DNA from: Candidatus Saccharimonadota bacterium
GTDB taxonomy: Bacteria; Patescibacteriota; Saccharimonadia; Saccharimonadales; AQU-01
DNA length: 64,000 bases
Direction: 5' to 3'
NCBI GenBank assembly: GCA_018499905.2
Contig: JAHBAU020000007.1
Coordinates: forward strand, 11,408 to 75,407
The notes beneath the pieces were generated by a model. It had not been told where the DNA came from. It did not search any database and saw only the letters and a list, made by a program, of their open reading frames with translations. The stretch's first letter is position 1. Every line of letters begins with the position of its first letter. A program made the position numbers and the translations under genes. Shown piece by piece: positions 10,774 to 20,322 of the stretch.

Positions 10774-11208
10774 CTAATCTAGTTGGCCAGAATAAACAGG
10801 ACTACAAAAGTCCTCACCTAATACACCGATCATGCTTGCATGATCGGTGAAGTAATAGTCACGTTCGTCTATTCGCATCGCATAACTTTGGGGGTCACTT
10901 TGGTCTTCAGGAGTTTTGACAACGGTGACCCAAGCGCTGCACGACCCGTTGCCCAAAGCAACATGAACAGAATCACCGCCGCTTCTCAAAAGAACATCGC
11001 CATTTGAATTCGGAACCATTTCGAACCCGTCTTGAACGGTGTTGTCGATAATTTCTTGTCTCGCCCGATCGCCGGCTTCATCTAAAGCGTGATCAAGACG
11101 CACCCCACCTGCAATTAAGCCTAAAACCACGACCGCTATCGCTGAAGGAATCCAGCCTTCATACTTTCCCTGATCCCTTTGAGTTTCAGCCAAACGTTGT
11201 TCTCCCAT
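10774..11208 (-). CDS. hypothetical membrane-anchored protein
   Basis: single N-terminal TM segment; ATG at 11208. Confidence 0.6.
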   Translation of the reverse strand: MGEQRLAETQRDQGKYEGWIPSAIAVVVLGLIAGGVRLDHALDEAGDRARQEIIDNTVQDGFEMVPNSNGDVLLRSGGDSVHVALGNGSCSAWVTVVKTPEDQSDPQSYAMRIDERDYYFTDHASMIGVLGEDFCSPVYSGQLD

Positions 11209-11301
11209 AATGAGCACTCCTTTGAAAAGCAACTGTAATACAGAATATAATGCTGGTCAAAAGGTTATTATCACAACTTTAGGGGTGCTACACTTTAGAT
11301 C

Positions 11302-11883
11302 ATGATCAAGGCCATAATCTTTGACTGCTACGGCGTGTTGGTGGGGACGGGGTTTTGGAATATTTATAACCGTGCGGGTGGTGATGCCGACAAAGACAAG
11401 GTGTTTATTAATGATTGGCTGCATCGTAACAGCCTGGGCGAAGTTACTGGCGAAGAATTAACTGAGGCCATGGCCAAAGAGCTTGGTATAACTGTGGCTG
11501 AGTGGCGGCGGTACATTGAAGAAGACGAAGTGCCATCACCCCAGTTACTGGATTTAATTCGGACGCGGTTGCTGGGAAAGTATAAACTGGCGGTCATTAG
11601 CAATGCCGGCCGCGGCGCGCTTGATAGGAAGTTATCAAAAGAGCAACAAGCTTTGTTTGACGCAGTGATTGTGTCGGCCGAAGTTGGGTTAGTCAAACCT
11701 GACCCAGCAATCTTTGCCTACGCCTGCGAAAAGCTGGGTGTTGACCCCAAACAAACAGTGTTTATTGATGACCACGAGGAGTACCTGGCTGGTGCTCAAA
11801 GTCTTGGCATCAAAACCATTCTGTATAAAAATTTTGAAGATTGTCATAACCAGCTAGTACAATTGTTGGCTAAGGAGAGCTAA
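11302..11883 (+). CDS. HAD-family phosphatase
   Basis: IFDCYGVL, SN, KPDP, FIDD motifs. Confidence 0.93.
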   Translation: MIKAIIFDCYGVLVGTGFWNIYNRAGGDADKDKVFINDWLHRNSLGEVTGEELTEAMAKELGITVAEWRRYIEEDEVPSPQLLDLIRTRLLGKYKLAVISNAGRGALDRKLSKEQQALFDAVIVSAEVGLVKPDPAIFAYACEKLGVDPKQTVFIDDHEEYLAGAQSLGIKTILYKNFEDCHNQLVQLLAKES

Positions 11884-11886
11884 ACA

Positions 11887-12444
11887 ATGCCGCTAGAGAG
11901 TGCAAAACCTTTCGGAATGCTGTCAATGCTTGTTACGGTGGCAGTTGTGATCGGGATGCTGGCGATATGGCCACACGAAAAAGGTAAATCAATCAGTCGA
12001 CACTCTGCCGCAGGCAGGGTGCCATACTTGTTGATGGCTCTGGTTCAAACTTTCGCATATCCGGCCTATCTATGGTTTGCCTTTCAGTGGTTTGTCCCAA
12101 CGTTTGACATAAACCCACTGTATCTAGTCCTGACTGTTCTTTCGGCAATAGGTTTGCTTGTCGCAGCGTGGGTTCCAGATGTGCCAGGGATCAGGCGCAG
12201 AATTCACGAAGTCTGTGCATATGGCGCTGCAGGACTATATATTCCTGCCACACTCATACTGGTACTGACACCAACTATTGTGCCGATGGCACGGGTTTTT
12301 GGAGCGTTGACTGCTGCCTACATGATTATAAATGTTTATGCTGGACTCAAAATCCCTAAAGCGCATGAGTACCACTTGCCATTGCAATCAATTTATATTG
12401 TGAGTTATTTTGCTGTCATTTTGCTCGCCACCTATGTAAGGTAA
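11887..12444 (+). CDS. hypothetical integral membrane protein
   Basis: about 6 hydrophobic segments. Confidence 0.7.
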   Translation: MPLESAKPFGMLSMLVTVAVVIGMLAIWPHEKGKSISRHSAAGRVPYLLMALVQTFAYPAYLWFAFQWFVPTFDINPLYLVLTVLSAIGLLVAAWVPDVPGIRRRIHEVCAYGAAGLYIPATLILVLTPTIVPMARVFGALTAAYMIINVYAGLKIPKAHEYHLPLQSIYIVSYFAVILLATYVR

Positions 12445-12462
12445 TTTTATAGAGGAGGCCCG

Positions 12463-13281
12463 ATGGATATACCGAACATTCGTTTAAGTGACGGCAACAC
12501 AATCCCACAGATAGGACTGGGTTTATGGAAAAACCGATTGCCAAGCCATGTAACTCGAGCGGTAGAAGCTGCGCTCAAAGAGGGGTATCGGCATTTTGAT
12601 AGTGCGCAGATTTATGGCAATGAGCGATTCTTAGGGAGTGCCCTGCAGAAATTCGGTGTCAAGCGCGAGGAGTTGTACATAACGACTAAACTATGGAATG
12701 GCAACCAGTGGCCCGAAGATGCCCTTGATAGCTTTGACAAATCATTAGAACACCTCAAAACGGAATACATTGACTTATTCCTTGTGCATTTTCCCGTTAC
12801 CGAAACGCGGGCGATGGCTTGGCGGTCAATGGAAAAAATCCATGAATCTGGCCGAGCGAAATCAATCGGTGTCAGTAACTACACGATTCGCCATTTGGAA
12901 GAGTTATTAGCCAACTGTCGCGTAAAGCCGGTGATCAATCAAGTTGAGCTGCACGTCTATTTGCAGCAACCCGAGCTCGTAGCGTTCTGCAAAAAGCATG
13001 ACATTGTGGTCGAGGCTTACTCACCGCTGGCACATGCGCACGGCATGGACAATGAAGTACTTCAGGCGATTGCTGACAAGCATGGTAAATCTACGGCGCA
13101 AGTGATGATCCGCTGGTGCATCGAAAAGGGGTTGGTGCCATTGCCCAAATCAACTCACGCCGATCGTATTAAGGCCAATATTGAGGTGTTCGACTTTGCA
13201 CTTGATGCCGATGACATGGCCAAAATTGAGAAGCTAGAAGCTAATTTGCGGACTTGCTGGGATCCGACAAACGTCGCCTAA
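12463..13281 (+). CDS. aldo/keto reductase
   Basis: GYRHFDSAQIYGNE, IGVSNY, NQVELH, PKS motifs. Confidence 0.97.
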   Translation: MDIPNIRLSDGNTIPQIGLGLWKNRLPSHVTRAVEAALKEGYRHFDSAQIYGNERFLGSALQKFGVKREELYITTKLWNGNQWPEDALDSFDKSLEHLKTEYIDLFLVHFPVTETRAMAWRSMEKIHESGRAKSIGVSNYTIRHLEELLANCRVKPVINQVELHVYLQQPELVAFCKKHDIVVEAYSPLAHAHGMDNEVLQAIADKHGKSTAQVMIRWCIEKGLVPLPKSTHADRIKANIEVFDFALDADDMAKIEKLEANLRTCWDPTNVA

Positions 13282-13703
13282 TGGGGAATAGAGTTACCTA
13301 CAAGTACGGTGAGGACGGAAAGCTCGTGCGGAGTGGCAAGTTTGAGAGAATGCTTGCCGATGGTCAAGAGCCTGATTATGAGGTTGTGGCTGGCGACATG
13401 CTCATTGAGCGCACAATGCGAAAATTGCCTGAAGAACGCGATGAGTTTGGAGGAGGGGATAGAGCCCATAAAGTTGAAGAACTGGGTGATATGTTAGAGC
13501 TAGTTGAGTTTTTGGCATATCTGAGTGGCATCCCTATGTTTGAGGTTGCTCAAGCTCAAGAAGCAAAACGGCGGGTTGCAGGTGACTTTTTAGATGGCAT
13601 TGTCGTACGGGCGGTTACCGTCAATGAAGGCGATGAATGGGATAGATACTACGGTGAGCGCCCGGGTGTTTTTATACGACTGGAGCCTTCCCATGAGCCG
13701 TAA
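13281..13703 (+). CDS. MazG-like nucleoside triphosphate pyrophosphohydrolase
   Basis: KLVR...KLPEERDEF...EELGDMLE...KRRVAGDF pattern; TAATG coupling at 13279-13283. Confidence 0.65.
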   Translation: MGNRVTYKYGEDGKLVRSGKFERMLADGQEPDYEVVAGDMLIERTMRKLPEERDEFGGGDRAHKVEELGDMLELVEFLAYLSGIPMFEVAQAQEAKRRVAGDFLDGIVVRAVTVNEGDEWDRYYGERPGVFIRLEPSHEP

Positions 13704-14145
13704 ACCAAACATAGTGCAGCGTATTTCAATGAAAGCCGTGTTAGCCCACAAAGGCAAAGTGCTGATTCTCCGCAAGGCTAAGTATGATGGCAATGGCGGA
13801 CGGGAAGGCAAGTGGAATCTGCCGGGAGGCCGAATTGAAGTCGGTGAGCACTGGCAAGAAGCCTTAAAGCGAGAAGTGTTAGAAGAAACAGGCATCGCCG
13901 AAATTAACATCGAATACCCAATATATATTGGCGAGTGGCATCCGGTTATAAGCGGTGTCGAGAATCAGATTATTTGTACTTTTGTGGTGTGCTCTACTAG
14001 ACAGACAGACGTTACTTTGAATCACGAGCACGATAAATTCGCGTGGATCAAACCTGATAAGCGCCAAGACTATGAACTGCTCGATCCGGAATGGGACGTC
14101 ATTGATCGCTTCGCATCCTGGTCAACAAAGTTGAATATATCTTAA
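13693..14145 (+). CDS. NUDIX hydrolase
   Basis: Nudix box GGRIEVGEHWQEALKREVLEETG. Confidence 0.95.
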   Translation: MSRKPNIVQRISMKAVLAHKGKVLILRKAKYDGNGGREGKWNLPGGRIEVGEHWQEALKREVLEETGIAEINIEYPIYIGEWHPVISGVENQIICTFVVCSTRQTDVTLNHEHDKFAWIKPDKRQDYELLDPEWDVIDRFASWSTKLNIS

Positions 14146-14179
14146 TTTTATGTTATGATTTATGAGGTAGAATAAAAGT

Positions 14180-14788
14180 ATGAACAACGCATCTCGCTAT
14201 ATTGTCGGATTTTTACTCGTCGCTATTTTTGTTTTCTTTGGTGTTGCGATTTTTCGAAGTGCCACGAATAACGACGATAAAAAGCCTGAAACAGTTGCTA
14301 CTGTCGTGCAGGCCAAAACCCTGCCAGAGTATGCAGGTACCGATGCCGAAGTTAGCGTGAACGTTGTCGGTCCTATTATTGGCGAGGCAGAACACCGACA
14401 GATTCGCATTACCGTCAGCCGCGATCGCCGGACGCTTGACGTGCTTCAAGGATATCAAGGCCGTGTGATTAAAACTAAGAGTTACTTTAATGATCAGTCC
14501 GCTTACGATGTCTTTTTACGCGCATTGCAAGGACTTAACTTTACTGCTAGCAAAACACCTAAGATTGAGGATGAGTTTAAAGCCTGCCCGCTTGGTGTGC
14601 ATTATGAATACGCTCTTGATAAAACTGGTTCAGACGACGAAGATTTTAAACTGTGGTCAGTATCATGTGGGGTAGATATCGGAACGTTTGCCGGTGGCCC
14701 TGGCCCAACAATTCGGACGCTTTTCCAAAAACAAATTCCTGATTACGATGCCTTGGTAGAAGGCGTCAACGTCCAGCCCCTGCAATAG
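14180..14788 (+). CDS. hypothetical membrane-anchored protein
   Basis: N-terminal TM segment, 202-aa ORF. Confidence 0.7.
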   Translation: MNNASRYIVGFLLVAIFVFFGVAIFRSATNNDDKKPETVATVVQAKTLPEYAGTDAEVSVNVVGPIIGEAEHRQIRITVSRDRRTLDVLQGYQGRVIKTKSYFNDQSAYDVFLRALQGLNFTASKTPKIEDEFKACPLGVHYEYALDKTGSDDEDFKLWSVSCGVDIGTFAGGPGPTIRTLFQKQIPDYDALVEGVNVQPLQ

Positions 14789-14835
14789 TATAAGCAGGCT
14801 ATCTGCAGGCCCGGTAAATTGGTAAAATAAACAGG

Positions 14836-15417
14836 ATGATTAAAGCCATTATTTTTGACTGTTTTGGGGTGCTTGCCCAAGATGGCTGGTTGCACTATTC
14901 AGAAACTAGGTTCAAAACACCCGTGGAGCGGCTGGCTGCCTCCGATTTACTCAAGCAACATGACGCTGGCTTTTTGACTGCCGAAGAGTTTGCGACTCAA
15001 GCTGCCGAGATGTCTGGTCTGCCCAAAGAAGAGTTGCAAAAAATAATCACTACGCACCAAAGCAAAAATGATAAGCTGCTGGGCCATATCGCTTCTCTTA
15101 AAAAAGCCGGTTACAAACTCAGCATTGTATCTAATGTGGGTGAAGATTGGTTGGATAATTTCTTGACCAAAGAAGAGCGTGGGCTGTTCGATGACATCTT
15201 GCTGTCATACAAAGTTAAGCTGCTCAAACCCGACCCGCTAATTTATATGATGGCGGCAGACCGGCTTGGCATATTAACCCGCGAGTGTGTTTTTATTGAT
15301 GACCGGCAAGTCTGTGTAGATGGCGCTAAGGCAGTTGATATGCAGGCCATCCGCTACCAAAGCTTCGATCAGTTTATTGCCGACTTGTCGACCATCTTAA
15401 CCAATACGGATTACTAG
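14836..15417 (+). CDS. HAD-family phosphatase
   Basis: IFDCFGVL, SN, KPDP, FIDD; paralog of 11302-11883. Confidence 0.93.
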   Translation: MIKAIIFDCFGVLAQDGWLHYSETRFKTPVERLAASDLLKQHDAGFLTAEEFATQAAEMSGLPKEELQKIITTHQSKNDKLLGHIASLKKAGYKLSIVSNVGEDWLDNFLTKEERGLFDDILLSYKVKLLKPDPLIYMMAADRLGILTRECVFIDDRQVCVDGAKAVDMQAIRYQSFDQFIADLSTILTNTDY

Positions 15418-15633
15418 CCGTTTATCGGTTTGGCACATTTCTTTAATGGTGTAGAGATGCGGCCGCAGTGCCCCAGCCATGGCCGCGCTTGGTGCATGAA
15501 TCGTAATAATTTTTTCATTCATACTGACCGCCACCAGCGCATCAAACATTTCCTTCACAAATTCCTTAATAATCACCATCTCAGGCGGTTCGGCAAATCT
15601 TTTTTGAGAAATAATATCGGCAATTGAACTCAT
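15397..15633 (-). CDS. small protein, possibly DciA/DUF721-like
   Basis: 78 aa from ATG 15633; ITIHAPSAAMAGALR resembles the DciA KH-like core. Confidence 0.45.
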   Translation of the reverse strand: MSSIADIISQKRFAEPPEMVIIKEFVKEMFDALVAVSMNEKIITIHAPSAAMAGALRPHLYTIKEMCQTDKRLVIRIG

Positions 15634-15642
15634 TGTATCCCT

Positions 15643-15650
15643 AGTATAAT
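15643..15650. promoter_or_regulatory. overlapping back-to-back -10 elements (bidirectional promoter)
   Basis: TATAAT on + (15645-15650) and TATACT on - (15648-15643) within a 23-bp gap between divergent ATGs. Confidence 0.6.
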
Positions 15651-15656
15651 AATGGA

Positions 15657-16526
15657 ATGCCGGAGTTACCAGAAGTCGAGACGGTTCGTCGGGGTTTAAG
15701 TGAGCTTTTGCCGGGTAAGCAAGTTGCTCGCGTTGATTTTGATTGGCCAAAGGGTTTCCCTAATGCCCCAGGAGACGTAGCCCAATTCCTGATCGGTGCC
15801 AAGGTGACGAGCGTAAAGCGTCGTGCCAAAGTGCTGCTCATTGAGCTTGATTCTGACTACACCTTGGTGATACATCTAAAAATGACCGGTCAACTGGTAT
15901 TTGTGGGCGAACAGCGTTTTGGAGCTGGACACCCAAATGACTCGCTAATCGGCGACTTGCCGGATACATCAACCAGAGTAACGTTTGCATTCAAAGATGG
16001 CTCGCAGCTGTATTTTAATGATCAACGAAAGTTTGGTTGGGTACGACTTTTGCCAACTGTCGAGGTTCCGAATATTGATTTTATGAAAAAAGTGGGGCCT
16101 GAACCGCTCGATGATAGCTTTATGGCCAAGCAGTTCGAGGAGCGTCTGCGGCGTCGTAATAATTCAAACATTAAAGCAGTCTTGCTCGATCAAACAGTGG
16201 TTGCCGGGATTGGCAATATCTATGCCGACGAGAGCCTATGGGGTGCAAAGATTCATCCAACAACGCTCGTGAAGGACTTGAGGACCAAGCAAATCGAAAC
16301 GCTTTTTACCGAGCTGCAGTTTGTGCTTAATCTGGCGATTGAGAAAGGCGGCTCGTCTGATAAGAACTATGTGAATGCCGAAGGCAAACGCGGCAGTTAT
16401 TTGCAATTTGCCCGTGTCTTTCGCCGAGAAGGTCAGGCTTGTCCGCGCTGCAACTCAGTTATTGAGAAATCGCGGGTTGCCGGCAGAGGTACACATATCT
16501 GCCCAAAATGCCAGAGACTATCCTGA
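15657..16526 (+). CDS. mutM: formamidopyrimidine-DNA glycosylase
   Basis: MPELPEVE N-terminus, HLKMTG, GIGNIYADE, C-terminal Zn finger. Confidence 0.98.
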   Translation: MPELPEVETVRRGLSELLPGKQVARVDFDWPKGFPNAPGDVAQFLIGAKVTSVKRRAKVLLIELDSDYTLVIHLKMTGQLVFVGEQRFGAGHPNDSLIGDLPDTSTRVTFAFKDGSQLYFNDQRKFGWVRLLPTVEVPNIDFMKKVGPEPLDDSFMAKQFEERLRRRNNSNIKAVLLDQTVVAGIGNIYADESLWGAKIHPTTLVKDLRTKQIETLFTELQFVLNLAIEKGGSSDKNYVNAEGKRGSYLQFARVFRREGQACPRCNSVIEKSRVAGRGTHICPKCQRLS

Positions 16527-16994
16527 AACTACTCTCATATCGTCTGCGGGGGGCCCATCAAAGGGGTTGAAACCAACAAGATATTGCCATTCATCCGGTC
16601 CAATAACTAGATCTTGGCAAATACCATCGACTAACTCAGTATCGGTAGAACCCATGATGACGGTTCCAAACGTTTCCGGCAGTGGGCCGGAAAGAATACT
16701 CAAGCCTCCACCAACTTGACAGGTTATTCTACCTATCATATTTGGCTCGTCTGTGGTCTCGGCAACTAGCTTAATGGCTCCATCTTCGGTGCGTGCCAGA
16801 AGTAAAGAATTCTGAGCCAGGCCGGGGAATTGTGCCACAAAGTCCTCGCCAGCTTCTAGTTGGTATTCAATTTTTTCTTTTGACTGTGGGTCGCTCTCCC
16901 CAAGTGATTGTTGCATTCTTGAAAGGCCATATCCTGCTACCAGGCATACTGCCCCCACACCACCAATAGTTGCAACTGCTCTACTTTTACGCAT
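16518..16994 (-). CDS. hypothetical exported protein
   Basis: N-terminal hydrophobic segment. Confidence 0.55.
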   Translation of the reverse strand: MRKSRAVATIGGVGAVCLVAGYGLSRMQQSLGESDPQSKEKIEYQLEAGEDFVAQFPGLAQNSLLLARTEDGAIKLVAETTDEPNMIGRITCQVGGGLSILSGPLPETFGTVIMGSTDTELVDGICQDLVIGPDEWQYLVGFNPFDGPPADDMRVVSG

Positions 16995-17086
16995 AACTGC
17001 TCCCTAAAACAATAGTTCATTCTATCACACATTTTCTAACTATGCGCAAAATATTAATCTGAAAGTGTGTCTTTACAGACGTATCT

Positions 17087-19279
17087 TTAAGTACCGCTAT
17101 GGGCGAGTCGTTCAAGTAATGCGATGGCTTTTTCTTGGGAGGACAGGCGCCATTTGGCAGCAGTAACACCACGGCCGACCCGGATGCTGTAGCCTCGCCT
17201 AGGCAAAGCTTTGTACATTGACTCGTCGGTGTAATCGTCACCAATGGCCAGTACAAAATCGTACGTTTCAATCATAAAGAATTTAGTGGCTACACTCTTG
17301 TTCACTTGGCTGGATTTAATTTCCAGAATTTTATGGCCATTGTTCAATTGAAGCCCCATCTTTTTGACAATAGGCCCCAGGTTGCGCCGAATAATCGCAT
17401 TATATTTTTGCGCCATGTAGGGTGTTGATTTGCGGTAGTGCCACACCAGGGCGTGCTGTTTTTCTTCAACGAATGAGCCCGGGGCTTCTTTGGCGTATTT
17501 TTCGAGCGTTGGCTTTAGTGCCGCTTTCCACGTATTGTTTTCCTGGACGAGATGCTGCCACTTTTGGCCTGGAGCTGATTTGATGGCTGCTCCATGTTCG
17601 GCTGCGAGGGCAACTGGCGCATTACCAAGCCAGGCCTCGAGGTTCTCTTGGCTTCGTCCGCTAATGACTGCCACATCAGTATGTTTCTGCTTACTGAGTT
17701 TTTCGAGTAATTGCAGTAATGAAGACGAGGGAGCGGCTTTGGACGGGACGGAGCGGATTGGCGCTAAGACACCATCGTAATCAAGCAATAATAGCCGACG
17801 TTTTGCTGCCGTATAGTCAGATAATAATTTCTGTATACGGGCGCCATATAGCGGCAAGGTAATGCTGACCGTATGGGTGCTTGAACGTGACAAACTATGC
17901 ATAAAATCCTTCGTCCACGTTTGAACGGTATGAGCCGACAGGTGTTTTTGCATGCGTTTTAAGCGGAGTTGTAACTCTGGAGCCGGCATCATCAGGGCTT
18001 GTGCCAACGCGTTGCTCAGTTCCAGGGTTCTGTCAGGATTGACCAATAGTGCTTCTTTGAGCTCAGTCGCCGCTCCAGCTGTTCGGCTCAATATTAAGAC
18101 GCCGCTTTTGCCGGACTTGCTGGCAATATACTCTTTGGCAACGAGGTTCATACCATCTTTAATGGGCGAAACAAAGGCCACATGTGCCACCTGGTACAAG
18201 GCGCTCAATTTTTCAAAGGACACGCTGCGGTAATGGTAATCAATTGGCTTCCAGCCTCCCTTGCCAAAACGGTTATTGATTGTATCCACCATGGATTCCA
18301 CCTGATCACGCAGTTGCTGATACACCGGGATGTCGGTTCTGGACGGCACGGCCAACATAGACATGACAACTTTGCCGCGCCACTTAGGGTAGCGCTCCAA
18401 AAAGTCACGGTAGGCATTGAGCCGCTCCACAAACCCCTTAGTTGGGTCCAGCCGATCAACTGTCAGAATGACCTTTTTGCGGCCATATCGCTTGTGCAGC
18501 TTGGCGAGCTCGTGCTTGACCTTGGTGGACGAGCCAGCGCGGGCATATTTTAGATAATCGATACCTAACGGAAATGCAGTAACTTCTGTTTCGAGGGTGG
18601 AGGTAATGACGCGATCGGCGATAACTGCTCCAAGGCCGGCAATTTGACACGACTCCAAGAAATGCTGGGCATAGCCGTGGGTATGAAAACCAACCAGATT
18701 GCTGCCAAGCAACCCTTTTATTAGCGACCGATGGGTCGATAATTGGACCGCTTTGTCGGCCATGGGAAAAGGGATATGCATAAAAAAACCGATGTCGGCA
18801 TCTGGCCGTTGTTTGCGCAGCATGCGTGGCACTAACATTAGCTGGTAATCATGCACCCAGATTCGGCAACGATCATGGGCAAGCATAACAGTAACATCAG
18901 CGAACAGCTGATTCACTTCTCGATAAGCTCGCCAGGTCTTATCTTTGACATCCCGGTAATACTCCAGGTCATGCAAATATGGCCAGAGCACGGAATTGCT
19001 GTAGCCATTGTAATAATCTTCAATCTGGCGCCGAGTTAAGAACACGGGGTAGCAATTTTGGGTTGCTAGTCGCTCAGTCACATCCTGTTTCTCATCTTCT
19101 GATAAATCTTCTGCGGCAATCCCTGGCCAGCCAATCCAAACATTGGACTTTTCTTTGGTAAATGAAGACAAACCAGTAGCTAGCCCGCCGGAGCTTGGGT
19201 AGTACTCCAGCTTGCCTTTATTTCTCCTTACACTCACTGGTAGTCGGTTCGAGACAATGATGGTTTGCGGCATGCGCAT
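17087..19279 (-). CDS. bifunctional trehalose-6-phosphate synthase/phosphatase (OtsA-OtsB fusion)
   Basis: VSNRLP, WVHDYQL, VDRLDPTKG, DGMNLVAKEY plus HAD domain LDYDG...GDDYTDE. Confidence 0.96.
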   Translation of the reverse strand: MRMPQTIIVSNRLPVSVRRNKGKLEYYPSSGGLATGLSSFTKEKSNVWIGWPGIAAEDLSEDEKQDVTERLATQNCYPVFLTRRQIEDYYNGYSNSVLWPYLHDLEYYRDVKDKTWRAYREVNQLFADVTVMLAHDRCRIWVHDYQLMLVPRMLRKQRPDADIGFFMHIPFPMADKAVQLSTHRSLIKGLLGSNLVGFHTHGYAQHFLESCQIAGLGAVIADRVITSTLETEVTAFPLGIDYLKYARAGSSTKVKHELAKLHKRYGRKKVILTVDRLDPTKGFVERLNAYRDFLERYPKWRGKVVMSMLAVPSRTDIPVYQQLRDQVESMVDTINNRFGKGGWKPIDYHYRSVSFEKLSALYQVAHVAFVSPIKDGMNLVAKEYIASKSGKSGVLILSRTAGAATELKEALLVNPDRTLELSNALAQALMMPAPELQLRLKRMQKHLSAHTVQTWTKDFMHSLSRSSTHTVSITLPLYGARIQKLLSDYTAAKRRLLLLDYDGVLAPIRSVPSKAAPSSSLLQLLEKLSKQKHTDVAVISGRSQENLEAWLGNAPVALAAEHGAAIKSAPGQKWQHLVQENNTWKAALKPTLEKYAKEAPGSFVEEKQHALVWHYRKSTPYMAQKYNAIIRRNLGPIVKKMGLQLNNGHKILEIKSSQVNKSVATKFFMIETYDFVLAIGDDYTDESMYKALPRRGYSIRVGRGVTAAKWRLSSQEKAIALLERLAHSGT

Positions 19280-19330
19280 ACATATTATACGCTAAATGGG
19301 CACTACAAACGGTAGAGAGGGGTAAACCAC

Positions 19331-20260
19331 GTGGGAGTAACGGTTCTGTGTGGGCCAAACGATTATGCGCGAAGCCGTGAGCTTTCCAAGCTTACCTCGG
19401 CTTTTATTGAGGCGTATGGCGACATCGGCCTGGAACCAATAGACGGTGAATCGGTCACGCCAACGCGGCTACAGGAGGCGATAACCAGCTTGCCGTTCTT
19501 GGCTGCTAAAAAAATGGTGGTTGTCAAAAACCTGAGCGGCAACAAAGCGGCAGTCGAGAAAATCGATGAGCTATTGAGTGCTATTTCAGATACCACCGAC
19601 TTCGTGCTCGTTGAGTCTAAGGTTGATAAGCGGAGCGTGTATTATAAATTGCTTAAGAAACAGCCCACCTTTATCGCCTGTGAACCGTTAGATCAGCCGG
19701 CGCTTGCCAAGTGGGCGACCCAGTATGCCAAAGAAAAATCCGGCACTCTGGCCACAAACGATGCTAACTATCTGATTGGGCGCCTGGGTGATTCTCAGCA
19801 GCTGCTGGCCAGCGAGATTGACAAGCTACTACTCTATAACAAAGCTATTACCCGCCAATCAATCGATTTATTGACCGAGCCTACCCCCAGCAGTACAGTG
19901 TTTGAGCTGCTCGGAGCCGCCTTTGAAGGACGGACCAAGGCTGCGATAGGGATTTATGAAGAACAGCGTCGATTACGGGTTGAGCCCCAAGCCATTTTGG
20001 CGTTGATTGCTTGGCAACTCCATCTACTATCGCTTATCAAAACGGCCAAAGATCGCTCCTCGGCTGATATTGCTCGGGCGGCTGGAGTCAGTCCCTTTGC
20101 CGTAGGGAGGAGCATGACCATCGCCCGCCAGATAAGTGCTGCTGACTTAAAACACTTGGTCCACGAAACTCTGATTCTCGACACCCGACTCAAATCTGAA
20201 AGCATCGACACAGACGGAGCCATGAAAAACCTCCTTCTCAAAATCGCCAACATACAATAA
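19331..20260 (+). CDS. holA: DNA polymerase III delta subunit
   Basis: SLPFLAAKKMVVV, EIDKLLLY, LKS motifs; next to rpsT. Confidence 0.92.
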   Translation: MGVTVLCGPNDYARSRELSKLTSAFIEAYGDIGLEPIDGESVTPTRLQEAITSLPFLAAKKMVVVKNLSGNKAAVEKIDELLSAISDTTDFVLVESKVDKRSVYYKLLKKQPTFIACEPLDQPALAKWATQYAKEKSGTLATNDANYLIGRLGDSQQLLASEIDKLLLYNKAITRQSIDLLTEPTPSSTVFELLGAAFEGRTKAAIGIYEEQRRLRVEPQAILALIAWQLHLLSLIKTAKDRSSADIARAAGVSPFAVGRSMTIARQISAADLKHLVHETLILDTRLKSESIDTDGAMKNLLLKIANIQ

Positions 20261-20322
20261 ACGTAAGCTTGACCAAAAAGCAAAAGCATGATATATTGAT
20301 ATGCAAACCCAAAAACATACAT

